Of a stretch of 30,444 bases of DNA, positions 16,057 through 23,680 are shown piece after piece. The notes under the pieces are model-generated. The model had not been told where the DNA came from. It saw nothing but the letters and a program-made list of their open reading frames with translations, and did not search any database. A program made the translations under genes and the position numbers. Positions within the stretch are counted from its first letter, which is position 1, and each line of letters starts with the position of its first letter. Source of the DNA: Planctomycetota bacterium (GTDB taxonomy: Bacteria > Planctomycetota > MHYJ01 > JACQXL01); contig JASEHY010000001.1 in NCBI GenBank assembly GCA_030018555.1, forward strand, positions 1-30,444. The letters run 5' to 3'.

Positions 16057-17190
16057 TTATAATGTTTGCGCTTCAAGCGCTGATATATATATAATCCCTA
16101 CCAATGCAGTAGGAGCTAACCACAAGGGCGAATTAGTTACGCAAATAATCAAATAAGAAAGTAAACCGCTGATATACCCGATATTAAGCATATTCTTCTT
16201 TATCAGGATTATCTTCTTAGCCAATCCGCAAAGATAACCCATAACCAAAATAAACAAAAATATCCCACCATCGTGAAGAACCTGTAAGAACTCACTCTCA
16301 GCAAATAACGCTACCGAAGATGTATGGTCTGCATATTTTTTGACAGCGAAACTATTTAATCCATGTCCAGTAAAAGGTTTTAATATCCAATTATCTAAAG
16401 TTATCCGCCATAGTTCAAACCTACCCGAAGCCCGTAGGTAAGAAGGATTAAAATAACAAAATGTAATTCCAATAAGAATAACGCCGCATATTATCAATAC
16501 CGCTAATCTTGTTTTTTTAGTCATTATTAAATATGCCAAAAGCCCGATGATAAAAGCCGCCATTGACATCGTGCTGTCAATAAAAACCAAACATAAGAAT
16601 ATCGCCGCATAGAAAATCTTATATTTCAAATCCTTAAACATCAAACATAATGGAGAAATCATCGCTACAAAATTAGCGGTATTCATACTATTACCCATAA
16701 AAGTAATCATCTTATTACCGTGAAGCCACTTTAAGTCTTTAGTGAATATCTGGTCTAATCCGAGCCTCTGCAATAAGGCATAAATGCTAAAGACAAACGC
16801 CACCCAGCATAAAACCTTTGCTATTTTTACCCACCTGTCCAGATTATCAGTATACTCTACAAGGTCTTTAATTAAGAATATAGAAAGAATAATATTGAGC
16901 GTCGGAAGATAATTCCAGATATTCCAATTTACTTTCACCCCGCTCTTTGCCAAAACCAAAGGAAGATAAAAGTGATATGCAAAAGATAACATAAGATAAA
17001 TCAATACCAAACCAATCCATTTGTTTTTAAGAGTATTCAGCCGTTGTTTATCGGTAATAAAATTCACCCCCAAAAGTATAAACCCAAAAATAGAAAATGC
17101 GGCATTTTTTGGCATCCAGAAATTATCCACAGTATTGGGAATAGTAATTACCGAACAAAGTATAAAGGTAACTATTAACGCAATCCACAT
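16057..17190 (-). CDS. O-antigen ligase/O-oligosaccharyltransferase-like (Wzy_C-type) polytopic membrane protein
   Basis: About 11-12 hydrophobic segments with family-like motifs FWMPK, ALLQRLGLD, TFMGNSMNTANF, SGRFELW...KPFTGHGLNSF and EFLQVLHDGG. Confidence 0.8.
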   Translation of the reverse strand: MWIALIVTFILCSVITIPNTVDNFWMPKNAAFSIFGFILLGVNFITDKQRLNTLKNKWIGLVLIYLMLSFAYHFYLPLVLAKSGVKVNWNIWNYLPTLNIILSIFLIKDLVEYTDNLDRWVKIAKVLCWVAFVFSIYALLQRLGLDQIFTKDLKWLHGNKMITFMGNSMNTANFVAMISPLCLMFKDLKYKIFYAAIFLCLVFIDSTMSMAAFIIGLLAYLIMTKKTRLAVLIICGVILIGITFCYFNPSYLRASGRFELWRITLDNWILKPFTGHGLNSFAVKKYADHTSSVALFAESEFLQVLHDGGIFLFILVMGYLCGLAKKIILIKKNMLNIGYISGLLSYLIICVTNSPLWLAPTALVGIIYISALEAQTL

Positions 17191-17198
17191 ATTAAATC

Positions 17199-17223
17199 GG
17201 GAGGGGACGATTAGTCCCCTCCC
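17199..17223. terminator. Intrinsic terminator-like hairpin after the capsid and decoration genes
   Basis: Perfect 10-bp stem GGGAGGGGAC/GTCCCCTCCC with a 5-nt loop. The tail is TTGTTTTGTT on plus and GATTTAAT on minus. Confidence 0.65.
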
Positions 17224-17231
17224 TTGTTTTG

Positions 17232-17741
17232 TTAATCAGCACCAGTGGGGTCAACCCAAATAAATAAATAATCATCATCTGAACCTGAACCCGCTTCAAG
17301 CGCAATTCCCAAATTAGTGCCACCACCGATTGAACCAATCGTTCCGCTTGCAGTAGTTCCTACAGCAGTTCCGCTTGATACTGCATCAGAAGAATCAGCC
17401 GCTAACGCATCAATCGGCCCTTTCGTAACAACTACTACCGGAGTTTGGTTATCTGCGGCATACTTAACGCAACCGACAACTAATATGCTGTCAGCTGTAG
17501 CTAAATCTTCCACATACGCGCCAAGTGTAGTTCCCGCGGTTACTCCCGTTCCGTTTAAATCAAGAACAACAGCTTCACCGTGGGTAAGCCTATTACCGCC
17601 ATTATTAAAAAAAACAGCGGTTTCCTGCAACTGTCTATAATTAGAACCATCGCCACTTGCAGAACCCCAGGCAAAACACACTCCGTTAAACGCCAATACT
17701 TCGGCGAATAACAGAGCGATGAGCATACATAATTTTTTCAT
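17232..17741 (-). CDS. Capsid decoration/cement-like protein with signal peptide
   Basis: Follows the MCP gene. True start is the ATG at 17741 after GGAGG. Signal MKKLCMLIALLFAEVLAFNGVCFA, then a G/A/T-rich beta-clip-like body (VVGCV...VVVVTKG...GIALEA). Confidence 0.65.
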   Translation of the reverse strand: MKKLCMLIALLFAEVLAFNGVCFAWGSASGDGSNYRQLQETAVFFNNGGNRLTHGEAVVLDLNGTGVTAGTTLGAYVEDLATADSILVVGCVKYAADNQTPVVVVTKGPIDALAADSSDAVSSGTAVGTTASGTIGSIGGGTNLGIALEAGSGSDDDYLFIWVDPTGAD

Positions 17742-17755
17742 CTTATCCTCCATTA

Positions 17756-18729
17756 TTAGCTCCAAGTATCTGCGTTTAATAATGTGCCATTACGACCAAG
17801 GTTGGTCATAACGGCATTCCCCGCCCAGAGGACATAAGTTGCCAAATCGTCCTTAGTTTGGGATTTCACAAAATCACCTATCTCGGCATCTCTTCCTTCG
17901 CGCACAAATAAGCGGAAATACTTTTTTGCGTTCAGGAAATATCCGAAATTGGCAGGACAGGCATCATCAGCGAAAATCAACGCGCCTTTGTATGAAATAT
18001 TACCAAAGCCAGCATCAATCATTGCCTGGTCGCCTGCGCCTACGCCCATCAACGGAAGATTAACCTGAAAGGTTGAAGTCAACGCCCTTTCAAAGTTATC
18101 CATTGCCGCGCCTGTGAGGACAATAGTATCAATTGTCTCGTCATACCTTGTGGCTTGGCGAAACAATGTCCTCATAATGTTCAGGCCGTTGGTGGTAAAT
18201 GCGCTTGCAACATTACCCGACTGATGTCTCCACTTGGTTAATGTCGCCCTGCTTAAATTACCTACTGTTCCAGTTGTCGTGGAAGTGGTAAGCATATTCT
18301 GTAATCCTGTAATCGCCCGCAGATTAGTCTCATCAGCGGAAGAAAAAATACCCTCCGATGAACCACCGATACTTTCCCGCATTGCGATTTCCGCAGATTG
18401 CAGAAATAACTCCACGAGGTCAATCTCATTGCCTTCAGGGGTCTTAATCATATCAAGACCGCTGACCTGCACGGGGACCGCGATTTGCTTCCACTCATAT
18501 ATACAGCTTGTTGCTGGATCGCCCCTTACAGGCGTCAATGGGTCAAGGTCAGTATAACCCTGCGCCGTCGGAAGCTCCTTTAAGATGTTAAATCTTAAGT
18601 GAGGTTTTCCTCCAGTACGGATTATAGAACCAAGAGCCTTCAAGCGGTATAAGAGCGAAGTGCGGGTTGAGGCGTTATCAAATAACACCCCTTCCGCTTC
18701 GTCTGCCACGATTGAGAATATTCTTTGAT
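17756..18729 (-). CDS. Major capsid protein (HK97 fold), exon 2
   Basis: LFDN...LLYRLK, YEWKQIAVPVQVSG, GLQN, YKGALIFADDACP..GYFLN, LWAGNAVMTN are recognisable capsid motifs. The track start (GTG at 18709) has no RBS; the frame stays open upstream to the predicted 3' splice site. Confidence 0.88.
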
Positions 18730-19544
18730 CAGTATTGTTATCGCAATATTATTTAAATATTGCTTCCAGATATTGCTATCTGGCTCAGACTATCTCTTGC
18801 CTTATTATCGGCGGCGAGGCTCGTGCCAGGATTATTGTCCGCTTGGGACTCACCGGTAGTCGTTACACCTTCAAGGATATTGCTATCCAAGTTCGGCTCG
18901 GGATTGTCCAGAGCTTTTAATAAATTACTAAAAAGTTGGAGTTTCCCCGAATTCTTCGCCTTTTTTATAAGTAAAGAGGTTCTATGCAGTTCTTGGTGAC
19001 AACCTTTACACAAAACTATCCCATTCTTAACATCATACCTAAGTTCTCTATGAGTCTTAAATGGTAATATATGGTGCGCAACAAGAACCTTGTCATCAGA
19101 AAAGCAAATCTGGCATTGGTATCTATCTCTTTCTCGCACGGATTTACGCCAAGAGCTATAATCCATCCTTGTCCATCCGTATTCTTTATCCATTCTTTTT
19201 CTGCCAGCCTTCTGAAGCCCTAAAGAAATTTCCTTCCTATGTTCTAAGCTTAAAATCGCCCCTTTTTTCTTTAAACTTATTTTTTTCTTAGTTTCTTCAG
19301 AAAGATATTTACCTTTCCAATAAGCAGGATAAGATTTGGATTTTCTTGTCATACTCATTTTTTGCTTCGTTTCTTCAGTATGCTTAATCCCCAATCTTGT
19401 TTTATATCCTTTAGATCTAAAGGTTTGAGAACCCTTCAAGATATTAAGTTTAACCCGCATATCCTGACTTGCTTTTAAACCCTTATTCCACGGTATATTT
19501 CCTACTCTAAACATATCTTCCCCTTAGCTTAGGGAACTAAATTA
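18730..19544 (-). ncRNA. Group I self-splicing intron (IA-like, 815 nt) in the major capsid gene
   Basis: P1 AGGGAAU/GUUCCCU with a U.G wobble at the 5' splice site; P element AAUUCGGGGAAAC (18953-18941); Q GACAAUCCCGAGCCGAAC (18908-18891); R GAAGGUGUAACGACUA (18872-18857); S AAGAGAUAGUCU (18798-18787); P3 GGCGAAG/CCUCGCC; P8; GCAA-capped P9; omega-G at 18730. Splicing restores a 334-aa frame. Confidence 0.9.
18753..19514 (-). CDS. Intron-encoded HNH homing endonuclease with NUMOD3-like repeats
   Basis: PWNKG start; HTEETKQKMS/LSEETKKKIS/LSLEHRKEIS repeats; CQIC...AHHI...NGIVLCKGCHQELH HNH core. Confidence 0.9.
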   Translation of the reverse strand: MFRVGNIPWNKGLKASQDMRVKLNILKGSQTFRSKGYKTRLGIKHTEETKQKMSMTRKSKSYPAYWKGKYLSEETKKKISLKKKGAILSLEHRKEISLGLQKAGRKRMDKEYGWTRMDYSSWRKSVRERDRYQCQICFSDDKVLVAHHILPFKTHRELRYDVKNGIVLCKGCHQELHRTSLLIKKAKNSGKLQLFSNLLKALDNPEPNLDSNILEGVTTTGESQADNNPGTSLAADNKARDSLSQIAISGSNI

Positions 19545-19575
19545 ATTCCCTCGTAACGCTCAAATTTCCTGCCAT
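19545..19575 (-). CDS. Major capsid protein, exon 1 (31 nt)
   Basis: RBS AAGGAG, then ATG at 19575 (MAGNLSVTRE + T). It joins exon 2 to give MAGNLSVTREYQRIFSIVADEAEGVLFDN. Confidence 0.85.
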
Positions 19576-19628
19576 TTAAAGCTCCTTTGTTGGTTTTGAA
19601 GAAATGACAGGAAGTATTTTGTGAGATT

Positions 19629-20543
19629 TTACGCCCTACCAAGCCGTTCTTTTACCCGCTGTAAAATACTGCTTGCGGTTACTCTGCCTGCCTTATCTTT
19701 CACCAATTCACTCTTTGCGGTAAAAGAACCTCCAGCAGACGGAGAGGCATTGCGTTTCTTCCTGTCCAAATCTTCTTTTTCTTTTTTCTTTGCGTTATTG
19801 ACAATAGCAGTTTCAATCTCGGAATCATCAGCGAAATGATAGAGAAGTTTCTGCGCTGGCTGATTAGGATACTTCAATGACATTGCTTTAATGTCATCCC
19901 TGTATTTGCTAATCAAATCTACGCCAAACTTTTCCTCTAACTTTGAAAGCTGTCCCTCCACTTTTTCGTTATGCCCCACGGTTGAGGCATTCTTTAAAAG
20001 TGTAAGTTCTGCCTGAATTTTAGCGATTTTTTCATTCGCTATCTGTTCAGCGATTTCTTTAGCGTTCTCGGTAATGATTTCCTTAATTTCCATCAAGTCC
20101 TGCTTTACTGCTGGGTCAGAAGCTTCAGCAATGCGTTTATCTATCAGCTTAAGGTTTTTATCCGCTATTTCTGGCTTGGAAACCCTTCCTGCCTTATGGT
20201 CAGAATAAACCTTGTTCAAGGCCTCTTTGAGTTTTGGGTCTGCATCCATTTCATCAACTATGGCTTTCATACCCGCGACTCTTTCTTCCTGCGCCTTGAG
20301 GGCTTTCCTTTCATCAGCAAGTAACTGGGATTTTTTGGTATAATCTTTCCCCTGCTGCGCTAATATGATAAGCTCATCCTGCGTTACCTCTAAATCCTGC
20401 CCGTCAACCTTAATCTTAAATTTTGTTTCAGGCACAACAACAACTTCTCCCCTATTGTTAAACGGAAAGGGAAGAGTCTTGTTATTCCACCAAGATTGGT
20501 TTTGGGTCTTTTGTTCAGACTGCATTATAGCTTGGTCTGGCAT
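19629..20543 (-). CDS. Capsid scaffolding protein
   Basis: KVDGQDLEVTQDEL...GKDYTKKSQLLADERK scaffold motif; helical; directly upstream of the MCP gene. Confidence 0.85.
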   Translation of the reverse strand: MPDQAIMQSEQKTQNQSWWNNKTLPFPFNNRGEVVVVPETKFKIKVDGQDLEVTQDELIILAQQGKDYTKKSQLLADERKALKAQEERVAGMKAIVDEMDADPKLKEALNKVYSDHKAGRVSKPEIADKNLKLIDKRIAEASDPAVKQDLMEIKEIITENAKEIAEQIANEKIAKIQAELTLLKNASTVGHNEKVEGQLSKLEEKFGVDLISKYRDDIKAMSLKYPNQPAQKLLYHFADDSEIETAIVNNAKKKEKEDLDRKKRNASPSAGGSFTAKSELVKDKAGRVTASSILQRVKERLGRA

Positions 20544-20556
20544 TTTTCTCCTTTTT

Positions 20557-20580
20557 AAGACTTCCTTGCGGAGTGGTCTT
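20557..20580 (-). promoter_or_regulatory. GCAA-tetraloop hairpin just upstream of the scaffold RBS
   Basis: AAGAC-CAC-UCC-GCAA-GGA-A-GUCUU on the minus strand, followed by AAGGAG and the ATG. Confidence 0.4.
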
Positions 20581-20719
20581 ATTTCTTTTTGCGGTTATAC
20601 GGCTGTAAATTTCCTTCAGTAGCTGTCGGGCCTTCAATTATTCCCGATTTCACCTGTTTAATCCCACCCGCCCTGCTAATCTGCGTAGGATTAGACACCC
20701 TTTTAGGATTGCTTGCCAT
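20579..20719 (-). CDS. Small basic protein (46 aa, below the ORF-track cutoff)
   Basis: RBS AGGAGG, then MASNPKRVSNPTQISRAGGIKQVKSGIIEGPTATEGNLQPYNRKKK. Confidence 0.65.
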   Translation of the reverse strand: MASNPKRVSNPTQISRAGGIKQVKSGIIEGPTATEGNLQPYNRKKK

Positions 20720-20735
20720 TTCTCCCTCCTTCTTA

Positions 20736-20975
20736 TTATTTTTTAAGAGGAATTTTAGCCCCCTCTTTACGAGCTTTACTCAAAAGTATCGCTTTTCTCT
20801 GCTTCTCCGCCCTTGCCTTACCAAATTTCTTTTTCGTATGTGCAAGTATTTTCGGGGGATTTTCTTTTATCTCGTGTCCTACTTTTTCAAGGGTAGTTTT
20901 TATCCCCATATTATGCGGAGTCCCCTGCCCGTGCCTTAAGGAAATATGTCTATTTATTTCGGATAATCGCATCAT
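20736..20975 (-). CDS. Small Lys-rich protein of the head module
   Basis: Basic C-terminal half (HTKKKFGKARAEKQRKAILLSKARKEG); start uncertain (20975 or 20909). Confidence 0.6.
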   Translation of the reverse strand: MMRLSEINRHISLRHGQGTPHNMGIKTTLEKVGHEIKENPPKILAHTKKKFGKARAEKQRKAILLSKARKEGAKIPLKK

Positions 20976-21229
20976 TGTTTACCTCTTACGAAATTTAAAA
21001 TCCCACCCCTTGCAGGTTGAATTGCTGACGCTTGTTTTCTGGCAATATGATTATCCACGCCCTTCTTCGCAAACTCTAACATTCCATAACCGATTATCGC
21101 ATTGCTAACATTGGTCTCAAATCCGTATTCCCCTGTTTTGTCATTAAAAAATATCTTTATTAACTGATTGAATTGCGGAGCTTCGGGTTTTTCTATCTTT
21201 CCGTTTCCATTCTCTTCCATCGTTTCCAT
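20972..21229 (-). CDS. Hypothetical protein
   Basis: 85-aa ORF with RBS GGAGG, coupled to its neighbours. Confidence 0.6.
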   Translation of the reverse strand: METMEENGNGKIEKPEAPQFNQLIKIFFNDKTGEYGFETNVSNAIIGYGMLEFAKKGVDNHIARKQASAIQPARGGILNFVRGKQ

Positions 21230-21231
21230 CG

Positions 21232-21660
21232 TTACCTCCTGAATTTCAACCTGCCCCTATGTTTTTCCATTATCCGTTCTGCGCTTTCCCGTCTCTTAAT
21301 AATATCGCTTTCGGCATTTAACCTTTTCCTAAAATTTGCTTCCTGATGACACTCTTTTATGGAAGCATCCGCTAAATTATGATGTTTAAGTAAACTTTTA
21401 AACTGACCTTTTGAATGTATTGTTATCGGTTTTCCAAATAATTCCGTAGTGAAATTATACGATAAATCCTTGTCGGTATGGAATAACCCGATACCCCTGC
21501 TTTTAACTGACTTTTTGTTAAAGCATTCCTTGCAGAGAATATCGTCATTATATTTATACTGACCTTGCGTTTCTGACTTACACTCTACGCAAAGACAATC
21601 TACCCTTGTTTCACTTACCGCTACACTAAAAGTTTTCTCCTGCCAATTACATCCCCCCAC
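21232..21660 (-). CDS. Zinc-ribbon-containing protein downstream of portal
   Basis: CVEC...CKEC motif; this type of gene commonly follows portal genes in podovirus-like phages. Confidence 0.55.
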   Translation of the reverse strand: MGGCNWQEKTFSVAVSETRVDCLCVECKSETQGQYKYNDDILCKECFNKKSVKSRGIGLFHTDKDLSYNFTTELFGKPITIHSKGQFKSLLKHHNLADASIKECHQEANFRKRLNAESDIIKRRESAERIMEKHRGRLKFRR

Positions 21661-23680
21661 GATTACCCCCTACTCCAGGGGCACTCCTTACCCCTCCAAC
21701 TATGTCGGCGAACTCCGTAACCCCGCCCCGCCTTTGTTCTGGGGCAGTAGTTTGTGGGGCAATCTTGCTGTCGCCTTTCTGTGGTATTACCTGCGGATTT
21801 TTCATCTCATAATACTGTTTGGTTTTCATAATATGCTCATCCATCTGCGGAGTAATTTGTAACCCCAGAGATTGGTATGCCTGGCTATGGACCTGTAAAT
21901 GCAATAAACTATTTTCGTTGGGGCCTGGGATACAGGGAATACCCTTTAAAAGCAATTTATTTTCCTCTTGCGCCGTTTGAACTTCCTGTTCGTCATAACC
22001 CACAACCGCTCTGTCAATATCCTTAAAGTCAAACTTCTTAAGCAGCTGTGGAAGGATAATAGAGTCGTTTAATCTGTTGGGGAAGTTCGCTTTAATAATT
22101 CCCATTAAATCCATCCATTGCTTTCTTTCCACAGCTTCATCTTTTGCAGGACGGGTAGAACCTGCCTCTATCCTGAAAAGTAATTCTCTCTGCACAATCC
22201 TACGGGCTTCGTCAACATCTTCAGGCAGGGATGGCCACATTTCCTCTGTAGGCATTTCACCAATAATCTCGGCAACTCTTTCTCTTGGTATAAACTGCCA
22301 AATCATACCCGCTAAACCCTTGGCTATCATCACCGTAAAATCTTCAATAGTATCTACCTTCTCGGACTGACGAAGTAATGCGCCTGCCCTGACATTTTCG
22401 CTTTCGGTAGCGGTCTGTATGCCCTCAGAAGTTCCTAAAAGCTGGTTATACCCGCTTCTACGGATTAAGTCCTGAAGAATAATTTCCCTTAGCCTGTAAA
22501 AATCCTGCGGAAGCGCTGGCGGAGTAAAGCCCTTTACAGCGTTTTCAGTAATATCATCAAGCAGTATAAAGTCAACATCGCTTGCATTTTGTATTTTAGA
22601 GGCATCAGGTTCGCTTACCGCTCCTCTTTTACCCAAAAGCAATGTCCCTGCCCTTTTCCTGTGCCGTAACATTGCCGAGGAAATAAGGGAAATCTCTTTT
22701 AACTGCGGTATCATCGGCACAATATCCGAAAGCGGGAAGGCATTAGAATCTTCATCGGAGCGGGGTATCTCATTAAAGATTAAGGGATATATTGGGAATC
22801 CGTCTATAAAATAATCCCAATCTCCGTCATATAGAGAATCTTCGGTAAAGTTTTTGGCGAGGGTAATTCTTTTATGCGTAGTCCTGTCAAAGATATGGTA
22901 AAGGGTGATTTTTACAAGTTCTTCGTCCTGACCTTCATAGTTTCCACCTACACTCGGCAAAGCCTTCATATTGTAGGCACTAACAGGGCTAATCTTCGCT
23001 GAATTGGAAATCCTTAGCCCGCGGAGTCTATTTTTTACGCTCTTAAAAGACGGATTGGCCAAAATCTTATCAAGCGAAATGACTTGCTTCTTAATCAGAT
23101 AGGGACACTCCCTTATATCGTGATACCCGTCGGGAAAAAGCAAATCCCAGGGCGATAAATGACTTAAAAACACATCATCTTCTTTTATCGTTTCATCAAC
23201 TATACCCTGTTCCTCTTCGGTCTTTGTAACATTGCCTACATCTTTTAATTCAGGAAATTCCGCTTCTATTGTTTTTATCGCCTTTGACTTTTCGGTAAAG
23301 AGGAAATACCCTATCTCTATAAATCCTGGAGGCTGTAAGATACCGTCAATGATTGACTGTTTAATCTTCTTCTTGGCTTGCTTTTCATACCAGTAATGGT
23401 TTATTGCTAATTCCATTGTTTCAGCAAATTGGCCAAGGCGGGCGTTTTTTGTCCTGCAAAAGATATGCGGGTTACGGGCATAGATAGCGGAAACTAACAC
23501 CTGCATATATTCATAGACAAAATTAACTTCGCTGATTTCGGTATCACTTCGCACGGGAGAGCCGAAGAATGTTCCTGTGTATAATTTCATTATCTGCTTG
23601 CGCTCGTTGGTCTTGGTCGCCTGCAAATCTTCACAGCGCTGTATCCTGGCAAACCACAGTTTAATATCTTCAGGTTTCAT
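21647..23680 (-). CDS. Portal protein
   Basis: About 677 aa, between terL and scaffold. VNFV...LVSAIYARNP, QTATE...A..RQSEK, FRIEAGST and a Q/P-rich tail match P22-like portals. Likely start at 23680 (ATGA overlap). Confidence 0.88.
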   Translation of the reverse strand: MKPEDIKLWFARIQRCEDLQATKTNERKQIMKLYTGTFFGSPVRSDTEISEVNFVYEYMQVLVSAIYARNPHIFCRTKNARLGQFAETMELAINHYWYEKQAKKKIKQSIIDGILQPPGFIEIGYFLFTEKSKAIKTIEAEFPELKDVGNVTKTEEEQGIVDETIKEDDVFLSHLSPWDLLFPDGYHDIRECPYLIKKQVISLDKILANPSFKSVKNRLRGLRISNSAKISPVSAYNMKALPSVGGNYEGQDEELVKITLYHIFDRTTHKRITLAKNFTEDSLYDGDWDYFIDGFPIYPLIFNEIPRSDEDSNAFPLSDIVPMIPQLKEISLISSAMLRHRKRAGTLLLGKRGAVSEPDASKIQNASDVDFILLDDITENAVKGFTPPALPQDFYRLREIILQDLIRRSGYNQLLGTSEGIQTATESENVRAGALLRQSEKVDTIEDFTVMIAKGLAGMIWQFIPRERVAEIIGEMPTEEMWPSLPEDVDEARRIVQRELLFRIEAGSTRPAKDEAVERKQWMDLMGIIKANFPNRLNDSIILPQLLKKFDFKDIDRAVVGYDEQEVQTAQEENKLLLKGIPCIPGPNENSLLHLQVHSQAYQSLGLQITPQMDEHIMKTKQYYEMKNPQVIPQKGDSKIAPQTTAPEQRRGGVTEFADIVGGVRSAPGVGGNRGGM

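Noticed and set aside
18707-18709. GTG start of the major capsid ORF as given in the track
   Set aside because: It has no RBS and the frame is open further upstream. The real start with AAGGAG is at 19575, in exon 1.
18742-18742. Alternative 3' splice site (G at 18742) giving ...TREYNNTDQRIF...
   Set aside because: It is in frame, but the G directly abuts the P9.1 stem. The 18730 site has a P9.0 pairing and gives spacing closer to capsid N-termini as I recall them. Disfavoured, not excluded.
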